Positions 17,307 to 27,258 of a stretch of DNA of 64,000 nucleotides are shown piece after piece. The stretch covers positions 352,001-416,000 of the forward strand of contig JBFWNU010000005.1 in NCBI GenBank assembly GCA_050250895.1, written 5' to 3'. The stretch is from Vulcanimicrobiota bacterium (GTDB lineage: Bacteria > Vulcanimicrobiota > Xenobia > Xenobiales > JADMJV01). Position 1 is the first letter of the stretch; the number at the start of each line of letters is the position of its first letter. The translations under genes were made by a program, and so were the position numbers. Below the pieces are notes generated by a model. That model did no database searches, had not been told where the DNA came from, and saw only the letters and a program-made list of their open reading frames with translations.

Positions 17307-20300
17307 ATGGGTATCCATGTTGCGCTTCGGCACAAGACTTCGTACCTCTACGACCGACCGGTCACCCTCGACCCGCACCTGGTGCGCCTGCGTCCTGCCC
17401 CCCATTGCCGCACGCCCATCCTGAGTTATTCCCTGCGGGTGGCGCCCGAGCAGCACTTCATGAACTGGCAACAAGACGCGTACGCCAACTACCAGGCGCG
17501 ATTGGTCTTTCCCGAACTGGCCCGCAAGCTCGAGGTCGAGGTGGATGTGGTGGCTGACATGACGGTCATCAATCCCTTCGATTTCTTCATCGAGCACACG
17601 GCCGAGCACTTTCCCTTTCCTTACGCCGAGGGGTTGGCCCGCGAATTGGTACCCTTTCTCGAGATTCGGCCGGCGGGCCCGAGGTTGGAAGCCCTGGTGG
17701 CCGAGCTGCGGCAGCAGAACGTGCGCACGGTGGACTACCTGGTCGAGATCAACCAGCACCTGTCCAATCGGATCGACTATGTCATTCGCCTCGAGCCCGG
17801 CATCCAGACCCCCGAAGAGACTCTCACCCGCGGGCGCGGCTCGTGCCGCGACAGCGCCTGGTTACTCGTTCAGATCTTGCGACGCCTGGGGCTGGCGGCC
17901 CGGTTTGCCTCGGGCTATCTCATTCAGCTGACCCCCGACGAGAAGAGCCTGACCGGCCCCAGCGGGCCGGCCACCGATTTTACCGATCTTCACGCCTGGA
18001 CCGAGGTGTTCGTGCCCGGTGCCGGCTGGTTGGGCCTGGACCCGACCTCGGGGCTGGCGGCCGGCGAGGGGCACATTCCCCTGGCCTGCGCCGCCGACCC
18101 CTTGAGTGCTTCCCCCATCCAGGGCAGCTTCCGGTTCTTGCCCTCCAAGCCCGAGGACAAGGTGACCGAGGAGTTTGGCTTCGAGATGGAGCTGACCCGC
18201 CTCGAAGAGCGCCCCCGGGTGACCAAGCCCTACACCGACGCCCAGTGGAACGATATTCTCGGCTGCGGTAGCCAGCTCGACCGCCGGCTGCTCGAGCGCG
18301 ACGTGCGGCTGACCATGGGGGGCGAGCCGACCTTTGTGGCCGTCGACGCTCGGGATGAAGAGGAGTGGAACGTCACCGCACTGGGTCGCCAGAAGCGCGA
18401 GCTGGCCGGAGCTCTCTTACGGCGCCTGCGCTCGCGCTTTGCTTCGGGCGCCTCGCTGCACTTTGGCCAGGGCAAGCAGTATCCGGGCGAGAGCCTGCCT
18501 CGCTGGGCGCTAGCTTGCGTCTGGCGCAAGGACGGGGCGCCCTTGTGGACCAACCCCGAGGCCGAGGCCGACGAGACCGTCGACTACGGCTACGGCACCT
18601 CTCAGGCCCGCCAGTTTCTGGGCGCTCTGGGTCACCGCCTGGGGGTGGGCTCCGACCATATTCTGCCAGGTTATGAAGATGCCGCCTACTATCTGTGGCA
18701 AGAAGGCCGCTTGCCCGTCAACGTCTCGGTCGAGGATGCTCGTCTGGACGATGCCGAGCTGCGGGCGCGATTGCAGCGGGTGTTTGACCGAGGATTGGGC
18801 GCGCAGATCGGGTTCGCCATGCCCCTGGGCTATGAGGACGGTTGGACCACCGGACCGTGGAAGCTGCGGCGAGAGCAGCTGTTTCTCATTCCCGGCGATT
18901 CGCCCATGGGCTATCGGCTACCGCTCAACACGCTGCCCTGGGTCGACGAGTTGGAATATCCCTATCTCGAGCCGCCCGACCCGTTCGAAGAGCTACCGGC
19001 GCTCACCAGTCGCCAGGCTTATCGAGTGGTCGAACCCGACACTCGCAACCCGCTGCCGGGCCAATCGGCCTCGTGGGTGGTGCGCACGGCCTTGTGCGTC
19101 GAGCCTCGCGAGGGACGCCTCTACGTCTTCATTCCCCCGCTTGAAGACGGCCAGGGCTATATCGAGCTGGTCGAGGCCATCGAGGCCACGGCCGCCGAAC
19201 TGGGCATGCCGTGCTTGATCGAAGGCTATGCGCCGCTGGATGACCCTCGCCTGGCCCATTTCGCCATCACTCCCGACCCCGGGGTGCTGGAGGTCAACAT
19301 CCACCCTTCCTCGAGCTGGGAAGAGCTGGTCGACAAGACCCGGATTCTCTATGAAGAGGCCCGCCAGGTCGGTCTGGGAGCCGAGAAGTTCGCCCTCGAC
19401 GGTCGCCATGTGGGCACCGGCGGAGGTAACCACGTGTTGCTCGGTGGCCCCACTCCTGCCGACAGCCCGATCCTGCGCCGGCCCGACCTGCTGCGCAGCT
19501 TGCTGACTTTCTGGAACCACCATCCCAGCTTATCCTATGTTTTCTCGAGCCAGTTCATCGGCCCCACCAGCCAGGCCCCCCGAGTCGATGAAGCCCGCAC
19601 CGACGCGGTTCACGAACTCGAGCTGGCTTTCGCTCAGCTGCCCGAGCCGGGTCAGGCATGCCAACCCTGGCTGGTCGACCGGGTCTTTCGCCATCTGCTT
19701 GTGGACCTTACCGGCAATACCCACCGGGCCGAATTCTGCATCGATAAGCTGTATTCACCGGACGGCCCCAGCGGGCGCCGTGGCCTGGTCGAAATGCGCT
19801 CGCTCGAGATGCCTCCTCACTACCAGATGAGTCTAGCCCAACAGCTGCTGTTGCGCAGCCTGGTGGCCTATTTCTGGGACCGGCCCTATCAAAAGTCGCT
19901 GGTGGAGTGGGGCAGCGAGCTGCACGACCGCTTCATGCTCGGCCATTTCGCGGCCGCCGACCTGCACGATGTGCTGGCCGAACTGCGCCAGGCCGGCCTG
20001 CCTCTGCAGAACGACTGGTTTGCTCCTCATCTCGAGTTTCGCTACCCGCTCATCGGCCGTTTCGCCTCGGCCGGGCTCGAGGTCGAGTTGCGCGAGGCCA
20101 TCGAGCCGTGGCATGTGCTGGGTGAGCAACCTGGTATGGGCGGCGCGGTGCGCTACGTCGACTCGTCGCTCGAGCGCATCCAGGTCAAGCTGCGCGGCAT
20201 GATCGACCCCCGTCATCGGCTGGCCTGCAACGGCGTCGAAGTGCCCCTGCATCCCACCGGAGTCAATGGCGAGTTCGTGGCCGGCGTGCGCTTTCGGGCC

Positions 20301-20615
20301 TGGCAGCCGGCCAGCTGCCTGCATCCCACCATCGGCGTCCACTCCCCGCTGGTTTTCGATGTCTTCGACACCTGGTCCGAACGAGCCGTGGGTGGCTGCA
20401 CCTATCACGTCGCCCATCCGGGTGGCCGCAGCTACGACCGCTTTCCCGTCAATGCCTACGAGGCCGAGGCCCGACGCAGTTCGCGCTTTCTGGTCGAAGG
20501 CCACACCCCCGGCGGCTATCCCCTACGACCCGCTCCCCAGAGTAAGCGTTACCCCTTTACCCTTGACCTTCGCTGGGCGAGGAGCGGCCCTTCGGGCCGG
20601 GAGAAGGAACTCTAG
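17307..20615 (+). CDS. Transglutaminase-like domain fused to DUF2126 (putative amidoligase)
   Basis: VRLRPAPH, GSCRDSA (Cys), DLHAWTEV (His), GLDPTSG (Asp), then TMGGEPTF, GESLPRW, PDPGVLEVN, GNTHRAEFCIDKLY and terminal TLDLR. Confidence 0.95.
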   Translation: MGIHVALRHKTSYLYDRPVTLDPHLVRLRPAPHCRTPILSYSLRVAPEQHFMNWQQDAYANYQARLVFPELARKLEVEVDVVADMTVINPFDFFIEHTAEHFPFPYAEGLARELVPFLEIRPAGPRLEALVAELRQQNVRTVDYLVEINQHLSNRIDYVIRLEPGIQTPEETLTRGRGSCRDSAWLLVQILRRLGLAARFASGYLIQLTPDEKSLTGPSGPATDFTDLHAWTEVFVPGAGWLGLDPTSGLAAGEGHIPLACAADPLSASPIQGSFRFLPSKPEDKVTEEFGFEMELTRLEERPRVTKPYTDAQWNDILGCGSQLDRRLLERDVRLTMGGEPTFVAVDARDEEEWNVTALGRQKRELAGALLRRLRSRFASGASLHFGQGKQYPGESLPRWALACVWRKDGAPLWTNPEAEADETVDYGYGTSQARQFLGALGHRLGVGSDHILPGYEDAAYYLWQEGRLPVNVSVEDARLDDAELRARLQRVFDRGLGAQIGFAMPLGYEDGWTTGPWKLRREQLFLIPGDSPMGYRLPLNTLPWVDELEYPYLEPPDPFEELPALTSRQAYRVVEPDTRNPLPGQSASWVVRTALCVEPREGRLYVFIPPLEDGQGYIELVEAIEATAAELGMPCLIEGYAPLDDPRLAHFAITPDPGVLEVNIHPSSSWEELVDKTRILYEEARQVGLGAEKFALDGRHVGTGGGNHVLLGGPTPADSPILRRPDLLRSLLTFWNHHPSLSYVFSSQFIGPTSQAPRVDEARTDAVHELELAFAQLPEPGQACQPWLVDRVFRHLLVDLTGNTHRAEFCIDKLYSPDGPSGRRGLVEMRSLEMPPHYQMSLAQQLLLRSLVAYFWDRPYQKSLVEWGSELHDRFMLGHFAAADLHDVLAELRQAGLPLQNDWFAPHLEFRYPLIGRFASAGLEVELREAIEPWHVLGEQPGMGGAVRYVDSSLERIQVKLRGMIDPRHRLACNGVEVPLHPTGVNGEFVAGVRFRAWQPASCLHPTIGVHSPLVFDVFDTWSERAVGGCTYHVAHPGGRSYDRFPVNAYEAEARRSSRFLVEGHTPGGYPLRPAPQSKRYPFTLDLRWARSGPSGREKEL

Positions 20616-20795
20616 CTTCGCTCCAGGGATAAGGAGCGGCCTTCGGCCGGGAGAAGGGGCGAACTGAGCTGTCGCTCAGTTCGGGAGCGGCGAAGCCGCC
20701 CTTCTCAGCCGCAGGCTGCTCCCTGTCGACGCGCAGGGACGAAATCTCCGCGCGAAGCGCACGGCTCCTTCTCCCGCCGACACAGTCGGCGCTCC
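20581..20795. repeat. REP-like multi-hairpin repeat cluster
   Basis: GGAGCG-[hairpin]-GGGAGAAGG at 20581-20607 and 20633-20657, inverted copy at 20767-20795, and a 10-bp stem CGAACTGAGC/GCTCAGTTCG at 20660-20683. Confidence 0.75.
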
Positions 20796-20798
20796 CTG

Positions 20799-21596
20799 TT
20801 AGCGGTCAAAATGCTTGCGCAAAAAATCGAACAGGCCGAGGCGGCGCATCAGGGCTTGCAGGGTCTGAGGGGCCAGCGCGTGGAGCACGGCCAGGGGCTT
20901 GAACGGGCGGCCGCTGACCACGATTTCGGGGCGGCCTTCTTTGAGGGCGGTCAAGACCGCGGCCACCACCTGGCGGGGCGACACTTCGCTCAGATAAGCC
21001 GGAGCCTTGATGCCGTGAGAGGCGAACATTCCTGTTTCGGATACGAAGCCCGGGTTGATCACCGAACTACTCACACCGGTGCCCTCGAGTTCGACGGCCA
21101 GGGACTGGCTCCAGGCCGTCAGGGCAGCCTTGGTTCCGCTGTAGGTGGCCGCGTAGGGAAGGGCGACCTTGCCGGCTAGTGAAGCGATGGTCACGATGTG
21201 ACCCTGGCCCCGTTCGAGCATTCCGGGTAGCAGCAGGCGACTCAAGAGCAGAGGCGCGGTAAGGTTGGTGGCGATCACCTGCTCGACTTCCTCGCTGGTC
21301 TTGCTGCGAAAGCTGCCGCCGTTTTCTACCCCGGCGTTGTTGATCAAGATGTCGATGTCGCCCAGTTGGGCCCGAGCCTCGGCCACCACGGTCTCGACCT
21401 GGACAGTGTCGCTCAAGTCGGCCGGAATGGCCACGCAGTTGGGAAAGCGCGAGGCCACCTCTTCCAGCGGCTCGGGGGTGCGGGCCACCAGGGCCAGATT
21501 GACCCCTTCGGCCGCCAGGGCCTCGGCGATGAGCGGGCCGAGGCCGCGCGAGCCCCCGGTGAGAATAGCGTTTCGGTTGCGAAGACTACTGAGCAT
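20799..21596 (-). CDS. Short-chain dehydrogenase/reductase
   Basis: TGGSRGLG, NNAG, YSGTK (YxxxK), NPG; ATG at 21596. Confidence 0.96.
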   Translation of the reverse strand: MLSSLRNRNAILTGGSRGLGPLIAEALAAEGVNLALVARTPEPLEEVASRFPNCVAIPADLSDTVQVETVVAEARAQLGDIDILINNAGVENGGSFRSKTSEEVEQVIATNLTAPLLLSRLLLPGMLERGQGHIVTIASLAGKVALPYAATYSGTKAALTAWSQSLAVELEGTGVSSSVINPGFVSETGMFASHGIKAPAYLSEVSPRQVVAAVLTALKEGRPEIVVSGRPFKPLAVLHALAPQTLQALMRRLGLFDFLRKHFDR

Positions 21597-21635
21597 GGGG
21601 CGGCCTTCGCTCCCGAACACGGTGGCCCTCTCGGG

Positions 21636-21862
21636 TCAGGCTTGAGCTGTTCCGGCCCGCCCGAACTGGACCACGCTCGGGTGCAATCCGTGGCCGGCCA
21701 CGTGCACCACGTGGAGAGCGCTGGGATACTGGCTCAGATTCGAGGCGAGCTGGTCGCGAAAGCTCCCCAGATCGGTTCGAGCCTGGTGTCTTCATCGGTC
21801 ACATCGAACCGCGCAGTGATCATCACCGGTCGCGTGGTGCTGCCGTTGGGTTGAATCTTCAT
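21636..21862 (-). pseudogene. Probable gene remnant with clostripain (C11)-like fragment
   Basis: ATG with GAGG RBS gives MKIQPNGSTTRPVMITARFD... stopping after 42 aa; another frame gives SFRDQLASNLSQYPSALHVVHVAGHG, resembling the C11 YP...HG segment. Confidence 0.4.
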
Positions 21863-21965
21863 CCTCGTTTTAGGATTCAATAAAGTCGATTTCGACCCTC
21901 TATCCGGGTCTTGCGCCCGACCGTCTCAACGGCTAGAATAAACGGGTCATGCTAGGGGGTCAGTT

Positions 21966-23156
21966 GTGGCGCGTGTAGCCAGCCCACCTGTCTTCAAAGC
22001 CTATCGGGATCTCTTCGCGAAAGAGCCGGCAGGCGGACCTTGTCCACTCTTTTTACGGCCCACCGATCGCCAGCGTCTCGAACGCTATTGCCTGGCCCTG
22101 TCCCGTCAATTGGTCAGCCTGACCGAGGAGTATTTCGCGGGCCAACACAGTGACACTCTGTGCTTTGATGCCGAGACCGAACGCCTGCTCAAGCTCGACG
22201 CCGCCTGGGCCGACCCGCGGGGGCTCTGGCGTTTTGATGTCTTCTACTGGCCGCTGAGCTCCTCGGGTAAGGGACGGGTCATCTTGCGCGGTATCGATGG
22301 CGAGGACGGCGTGCTCTTACATGCGATCGACTGCGCCGTGGCCCAGCTGGAAGAGACCCCGGTCATGCTGGGTCTGCATCAGCGATTTGAACTCAGCAAG
22401 GATGACCTGGGAGACGGTCACCGTCGCACCCTGAAAAATCGCCATCGCCAGTTCTTCGAGAACGCCGGCGAGGCCAGCCTGGCTTTCTGTACGCCGCGCG
22501 AGGCTGACATTCGCCTGGCTCACGAGGCTCTGGCCGAGACGCTTCGCAATCGAGGTTGGGCGGCCCAGGTCGGAGACCCCGAGCAGTTTGAGTATCGCCA
22601 GGGCGCTCTGTGGCTCGATGGAGAGAACGTCGATCTGATCTGCGGCGACGGCTTGGGCGGCCTCAGACATGACGGCGGGCGCCAGGTGCTGGCTGCCTAT
22701 CTCGACGGTAAAGCTTGCCTGGCCAGTTCTCTTTGCTCGACGTTAGCCGAGACGCCCGGGGTTTTCGAATTGCTCTCGACCGCCGAGCTATCTGAAGAAC
22801 TGGCCGGGTCGGTGCCGTGGACCCGCCGGGTCACCGACCAGATCCTGGAAGAAGGCGTCAAGGCACAGAAGAACCTGGTGCTCCAGTCGGCCGAGCGCCG
22901 GGTGCCGGGAGCCGAGACTTCGCGCAAGCAATGGAAAGAAGCCCTTGACCAGGCTGTCGACCAACCCGGCGAGTTCGTCCAGAGCGCCCAGAGCGGCCCC
23001 ACCGAGCGGTTTCCGCAGTTTGACGAGCAGGGTGCCTTTCGCGGCTTCGAGCAAGATCTGGTTGGGCTGTCTTGTTGGGTTTTCGGGGGCAAATTCGTGG
23101 GCTGTTGTGCCCGGGTGGGTCCCCAGCAGAGACTGGCTCCTGTTTATTTCGCCTGA
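21966..23156 (+). CDS. Circularly permuted ATP-grasp / GSP-synthase-like protein, probably degenerate
   Basis: WRFDVF, DPEQFEY..GALWLDG..VDLI, VPWTRRV, WVFGGKFVG..ARVG; the expected E-x-N and VLKP motifs are not seen. Confidence 0.7.
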   Translation: MARVASPPVFKAYRDLFAKEPAGGPCPLFLRPTDRQRLERYCLALSRQLVSLTEEYFAGQHSDTLCFDAETERLLKLDAAWADPRGLWRFDVFYWPLSSSGKGRVILRGIDGEDGVLLHAIDCAVAQLEETPVMLGLHQRFELSKDDLGDGHRRTLKNRHRQFFENAGEASLAFCTPREADIRLAHEALAETLRNRGWAAQVGDPEQFEYRQGALWLDGENVDLICGDGLGGLRHDGGRQVLAAYLDGKACLASSLCSTLAETPGVFELLSTAELSEELAGSVPWTRRVTDQILEEGVKAQKNLVLQSAERRVPGAETSRKQWKEALDQAVDQPGEFVQSAQSGPTERFPQFDEQGAFRGFEQDLVGLSCWVFGGKFVGCCARVGPQQRLAPVYFA

Positions 23157-24007
23157 ACCACGACCCGGATGGCCGCGGGAATGACGGTCACATCCAGAGG
23201 TGTTTCGCCGCCAGCCTCGCCGTCGAGCCAGACCGTCTGAGGAGGCTCGACCGTGACCCGAATATGGCGGCCTTGACGCCGATGGGCGTGCAGTTTGTTC
23301 TCGAGCAAGAAGCTGGCCAGTACACCCGGATGGGTGGCCTGGTCGCTGACGATCAAGACATCCAGCAGCCCGTCACTGGGAGAGACATCGGGCAAGGCCC
23401 GCGCAATTCCCCCCAGGCTGCCGGCGTTGAAGATAAAGCATGAATAGCCCTGGTCTTCATAGACGGTTTCGTCGACCTCGACCCGATAGGTGACCAATTT
23501 CAGATTGGCCAGCACTCGCATGGCCGCCAGGGGATAGGCGAGAAAACCGAGGCGGTCCTTTTCTTCGCGGCTGGCCACATCTTCGGCGCGGGGCCCGGTG
23601 TAGGCTCGCAACAGGAAGTAGCCGCCCGGGCAACGCGCCAGGTCGACGGCCCGAGTGGCCTCGCTTTCACACACCAGGGTGGCGGCCTCACGCAGAGTGC
23701 GAGGGATCTCTAACTCGAAGGCCATGGCGTTGCCGGTGCCTCCGGGCAGAATGGCCAGCGGCACCTCACTTCCCACCAGAGCATTGGCCACTTCCATCAG
23801 AGTGCCGTCGCCACCATAGCAAGCGATCACATCGGCGCCAGCCTCGAGCGCTTGGCGAGCCAGACGGGTGCCATCGCCGGCCTGCCGGGTCAGGTGCACC
23901 TGCCAGTCCAACCCTCTGGGCGTAAAGATGTCGTTGAGGGGGTTGAGAATCGGCTCGTCTTTGCCCGAGGCCGGATTGATGATGACGTGGATACGCTGGT
24001 AGCCCAT
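23144..24007 (-). CDS. Diacylglycerol/lipid kinase (YegS/DgkB family)
   Basis: IINPASG, GGDGTLMEV, ILPGGTGN, SDGLLDV, LDGE; ATG at 24007. Confidence 0.95.
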   Translation of the reverse strand: MGYQRIHVIINPASGKDEPILNPLNDIFTPRGLDWQVHLTRQAGDGTRLARQALEAGADVIACYGGDGTLMEVANALVGSEVPLAILPGGTGNAMAFELEIPRTLREAATLVCESEATRAVDLARCPGGYFLLRAYTGPRAEDVASREEKDRLGFLAYPLAAMRVLANLKLVTYRVEVDETVYEDQGYSCFIFNAGSLGGIARALPDVSPSDGLLDVLIVSDQATHPGVLASFLLENKLHAHRRQGRHIRVTVEPPQTVWLDGEAGGETPLDVTVIPAAIRVVVQAK

Positions 24008-24101
24008 GGCCGGGCAGTTTCTCGTTGGGCCAGGCGATTCCCGCAAAAGAAGAACAAGCGTTCCACAGGTTTGACGGCGCCTAGCTTGAATTTCCTTCAC
24101 T

Positions 24102-25418
24102 GTGTTACCAGGAATCTTGATTCTTCTGATCTTTTTAGCCTTTGCGGGTCTGATGATGACGCGCAAGATGGCTGCTCTTTTGGCTCTGCCGACGATGTCG
24201 TTCCTGATCGCCCTGGTGGCGGGGCTGTTCTACGATTTCGAAGCCCTGACGGCCGACGCGCCGGGACCGAAGACGCTGCAAGATTTCCTCTTCACGACGG
24301 TGCTCACCGAAGGCCCAGGTCGCCTGGCCGGGGCTATGATGTTCGCCATTTTCGGAGCTATCCTATCCCAGGTGGTCATGCGCGCCGGCATCGCCCAGCG
24401 CTTGATCAGCGTAGGCGCCGAGTATGCCGGCGAGAGCAAGTTCTTGCTGGCCTTCATGATGACCCTGATGGTGGCCTTTTGCTTCACCTCGGTGACCGGC
24501 CTGGGCGCCGTCATCATGGTGGGTTCGCTGGCCCTGCCCATCATGATCGGAGCCGGTCTGTCGGCCGACTTTTCCGCCTGCCTGATGCTTTTTGCCATCG
24601 CCATCGGCGGAGTGTTCAACCCGGCCATTTTGGGCGTCTATCAAGACACGCTCGGAGTGCCGCTCGAAGTCGTCAAGACCTATGTCAAGATCTACGGCGG
24701 TATCCTCGCTTTGACGGCGGCCATCTTCCTGGTGGTGGGCGCCCAGTCCGAGAAAGACTCGTTCTCATGGGCGGCCCAGGTGGAAGAGATCGAGGCCCGT
24801 CCTCACGTGCCCACCATCGCGTTGCTGACCCCGATCCTGCCGATCCTGCTCATCATGAGCCCGCTGCCTGTCCCCATCATCCCGGCGTTTCTGATCGGTA
24901 TTCTCTACGGTGCCCTCACGACCACTCCCAAAACGGCCATCAACGCCATTACCGCCGCCACCCTCGAGGGACTCAAAGACATCTCGCCGGTGATCGGCCT
25001 CTTCATGGGCATCGGGATGGCCCTCAATGCCATGATGGCCGACCCCACCAAAGCTGTCATGGCGCCCTTCCTCAAAGCCATCATTCCCACCAGCCCGGTT
25101 GGTTTCGTGGTCTTCTTCACGCTGCTGGCGCCACTGGCGCTCTATCGAGGGCCGTTCAACTTCTTCGGGCTCGGAGCCGGCATCGCCGGGCTGATCCTGG
25201 GCGTGGGCCTGCTGCCCCCCGTGGCCGTGATGGCCGCTTTCTTCGCCGTCGGCCAGGTGCAGGGGGTGTGTGACCCCACCAACACCCACAACGTCTGGCT
25301 AGCCCAGTTCAGCAAAAGCTCGACCGAGGTCTTCCTCAAGAAGACCCTGCCCTATGTCTGGGCTTTCGTGGCCGCGGCTCTCTGCTATGCCGCCTTCGTG
25401 GGCCACGCCCTGGGCTAG
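24102..25418 (+). CDS. Ion-transporter superfamily permease (citrate/gluconate-transporter-like)
   Basis: About 11-12 hydrophobic segments; ALYRGP and CDPTNTHNVW motifs. Confidence 0.85.
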   Translation: MLPGILILLIFLAFAGLMMTRKMAALLALPTMSFLIALVAGLFYDFEALTADAPGPKTLQDFLFTTVLTEGPGRLAGAMMFAIFGAILSQVVMRAGIAQRLISVGAEYAGESKFLLAFMMTLMVAFCFTSVTGLGAVIMVGSLALPIMIGAGLSADFSACLMLFAIAIGGVFNPAILGVYQDTLGVPLEVVKTYVKIYGGILALTAAIFLVVGAQSEKDSFSWAAQVEEIEARPHVPTIALLTPILPILLIMSPLPVPIIPAFLIGILYGALTTTPKTAINAITAATLEGLKDISPVIGLFMGIGMALNAMMADPTKAVMAPFLKAIIPTSPVGFVVFFTLLAPLALYRGPFNFFGLGAGIAGLILGVGLLPPVAVMAAFFAVGQVQGVCDPTNTHNVWLAQFSKSSTEVFLKKTLPYVWAFVAAALCYAAFVGHALG

Positions 25419-26206
25419 TAGATGCACTCCAGGTCCGAACCTGCCGCCGCGAACTGCTCGTAGCTCTGGCCCGGGTTCTGCAAGTCTAGATAGACGGCCC
25501 GCATCGCGCCTTCTGCCTGGGCCTGCACGGCCCACAGGTGCAACCCGTCCGAACTGGCCATGGTCAGCTGGTTGCCGTCGTGGTCGTAGCGCGACATCTT
25601 CCAGCCGCAGGGCGTCCCCCAGAACCGCGCCTGCACGCTTTCGGTGCGAACCTCACCCGGATACTTGGCGGTGTCCACCCCGCTTTGGTCCTGCTGGTGC
25701 AATTCACCCAGAGACTGCTTGAACTCGGCCGCCATCTGCAAGGCCTGGGCCGGAGTCAGGCAGCGCTCGTCGTGGGGAACCACCAGCTCGCCGCAGCTCT
25801 CGAACGCCTCGAAGTCGGGGCTGGCCCAGTGCAGGTTGCCGTCGAGCGCTGGCACGGCATCGCTCTCGACCCACTGCTGCACCCGCCCATTGAGGGCCAT
25901 GCCCACGATCTGCTTGTGGTCGGGAAAGCGCGTGGTGATCCGGCGCCACTTGTCTTCGCCGAAGTCGACCGACTGCGAACAGCCGTCGCCTTCCTTCTCG
26001 TAGCGCACGCCGGACTCGGTTTCGATGCGCTTCCAGCCGTCGATGAGAAAAAGTTCAGGGTACTGCAGTCGAGGGTCGGCCAGGCTACCCACGGGCTTGT
26101 GAAAGCCAAGCCCACGCAGCTTCTCTACCAGGTCCGGGGGGACGCAGTTGCGTTCTTTGCATCCCGGACAAACCTTGACTCCGTAACCAATCGGTGTTGA
26201 CGTCAT
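25415..26206 (-). CDS. Hypothetical protein with N-terminal CxxC
   Basis: CPGCKERNC near the start; AGGCAGGTG RBS-like element; 4-nt convergent overlap. Confidence 0.7.
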   Translation of the reverse strand: MTSTPIGYGVKVCPGCKERNCVPPDLVEKLRGLGFHKPVGSLADPRLQYPELFLIDGWKRIETESGVRYEKEGDGCSQSVDFGEDKWRRITTRFPDHKQIVGMALNGRVQQWVESDAVPALDGNLHWASPDFEAFESCGELVVPHDERCLTPAQALQMAAEFKQSLGELHQQDQSGVDTAKYPGEVRTESVQARFWGTPCGWKMSRYDHDGNQLTMASSDGLHLWAVQAQAEGAMRAVYLDLQNPGQSYEQFAAAGSDLECIY

Positions 26207-26337
26207 AGTACGTCACCTGCCTTCGGTTCAGGCCAACTCGCAATTTTAGCCTAGCATCGCCAGGCCCGGATTGTGTTGCCAGGAGTTTGCTTTCGCGGCG
26301 GGCGGGAGAGCATTGCGCCGGAACGGAACTCAGGTCG

Positions 26338-27258
26338 ATGAAGAACTGGATCGTGCTCTTATGTTTGGCCCTGGCCGGCCCCGCTCTGGCCGAGGAGAGC
26401 TGGACGCTCCAATTGCGAAATCTACAGGGTGGAGCCAGTCTCCACCGATTCGCCGTGGCGCTGCACTCTGACGGAACGCTTTACTTTGGGAGTCCACCAG
26501 GTCTCGATGGCGAGCGCGATCGGGTCTTCGAGATCGGCGGCGACGACCAGGTGCGTTTCTACTATGATTCCGACTATGCGGTGACGAAGAGCGTACGGCT
26601 GACGCCTGCGATGGCCGCTGGGCTAAGAGACGCCTGGCTCGGGAGCGAGCCCGAGAGCCTGGACAACGAGTACCCGTCGGCCATCGAGTATGCTTGCGGG
26701 ACAAGCCACCGAGTGGTCGTCGTCCGTCAGGGTGAGGGCACTCGGCGCTGGAGCCTGGACCACCCGGAGCACAGTGCCTACGATGCGGGAGTTCGGCGCT
26801 TCCTGCTTGGCTGGAAGGCTTTGCTCGACCGGTTGCCCGAGGGATGGGCGGCGGAGTTCGACGAGGGGATCGCCAGGCACACCGAGCCCCGCGGCTACCA
26901 GGTTGACGGGCTGGGGCTGGGGACCAGTCTCCCAGCAGCCTGCGAGCACCTGGGCGAGCCACTCGAGGTCCACCCGCTCCAGCCACGTGCCCCAGGGCGG
27001 GTGGTAGTTTGGGCTCAGAACCTGGCTTTCTTCTCCGGGACGAGGAGTTTGCAGGGTCTCTCTGGGCGGGTGGTAGAGTTTGAGGGCCGTCGGCTCGAAG
27101 TGGGGATGACCCGAGAACAGGTGGCCGAGGTCTTGAATGGGGAGGCCCCCCGCAGCCTGTATCTGATGTTTGATGAGGAGGGCAAGCTAAAGGCGCTCTA
27201 TGCCGGCCTCGACGAGCCCGGTGGACCCCTTCGCGAGTTGGTGGGTTCGGAACGATGA
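26338..27258 (+). CDS. Secreted hypothetical protein
   Basis: Signal peptide MKNWIVLLCLALAGPALA; ATGA overlap with the next gene. Confidence 0.75.
   Translation: MKNWIVLLCLALAGPALAEESWTLQLRNLQGGASLHRFAVALHSDGTLYFGSPPGLDGERDRVFEIGGDDQVRFYYDSDYAVTKSVRLTPAMAAGLRDAWLGSEPESLDNEYPSAIEYACGTSHRVVVVRQGEGTRRWSLDHPEHSAYDAGVRRFLLGWKALLDRLPEGWAAEFDEGIARHTEPRGYQVDGLGLGTSLPAACEHLGEPLEVHPLQPRAPGRVVVWAQNLAFFSGTRSLQGLSGRVVEFEGRRLEVGMTREQVAEVLNGEAPRSLYLMFDEEGKLKALYAGLDEPGGPLRELVGSER

Noticed and set aside
20581-20795. Possible CRISPR mini-array
   Set aside because: Only 2-3 non-identical units in mixed orientation, no regular spacers and no cas genes.
21863-21915. Sigma28-like promoter (minus strand CAAG-N13-GTCGAAAT) and similar CGA words upstream of the export-like genes
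   Set aside because: Spacing and sequence are inconsistent across genes, and CGA words are very common in this window.
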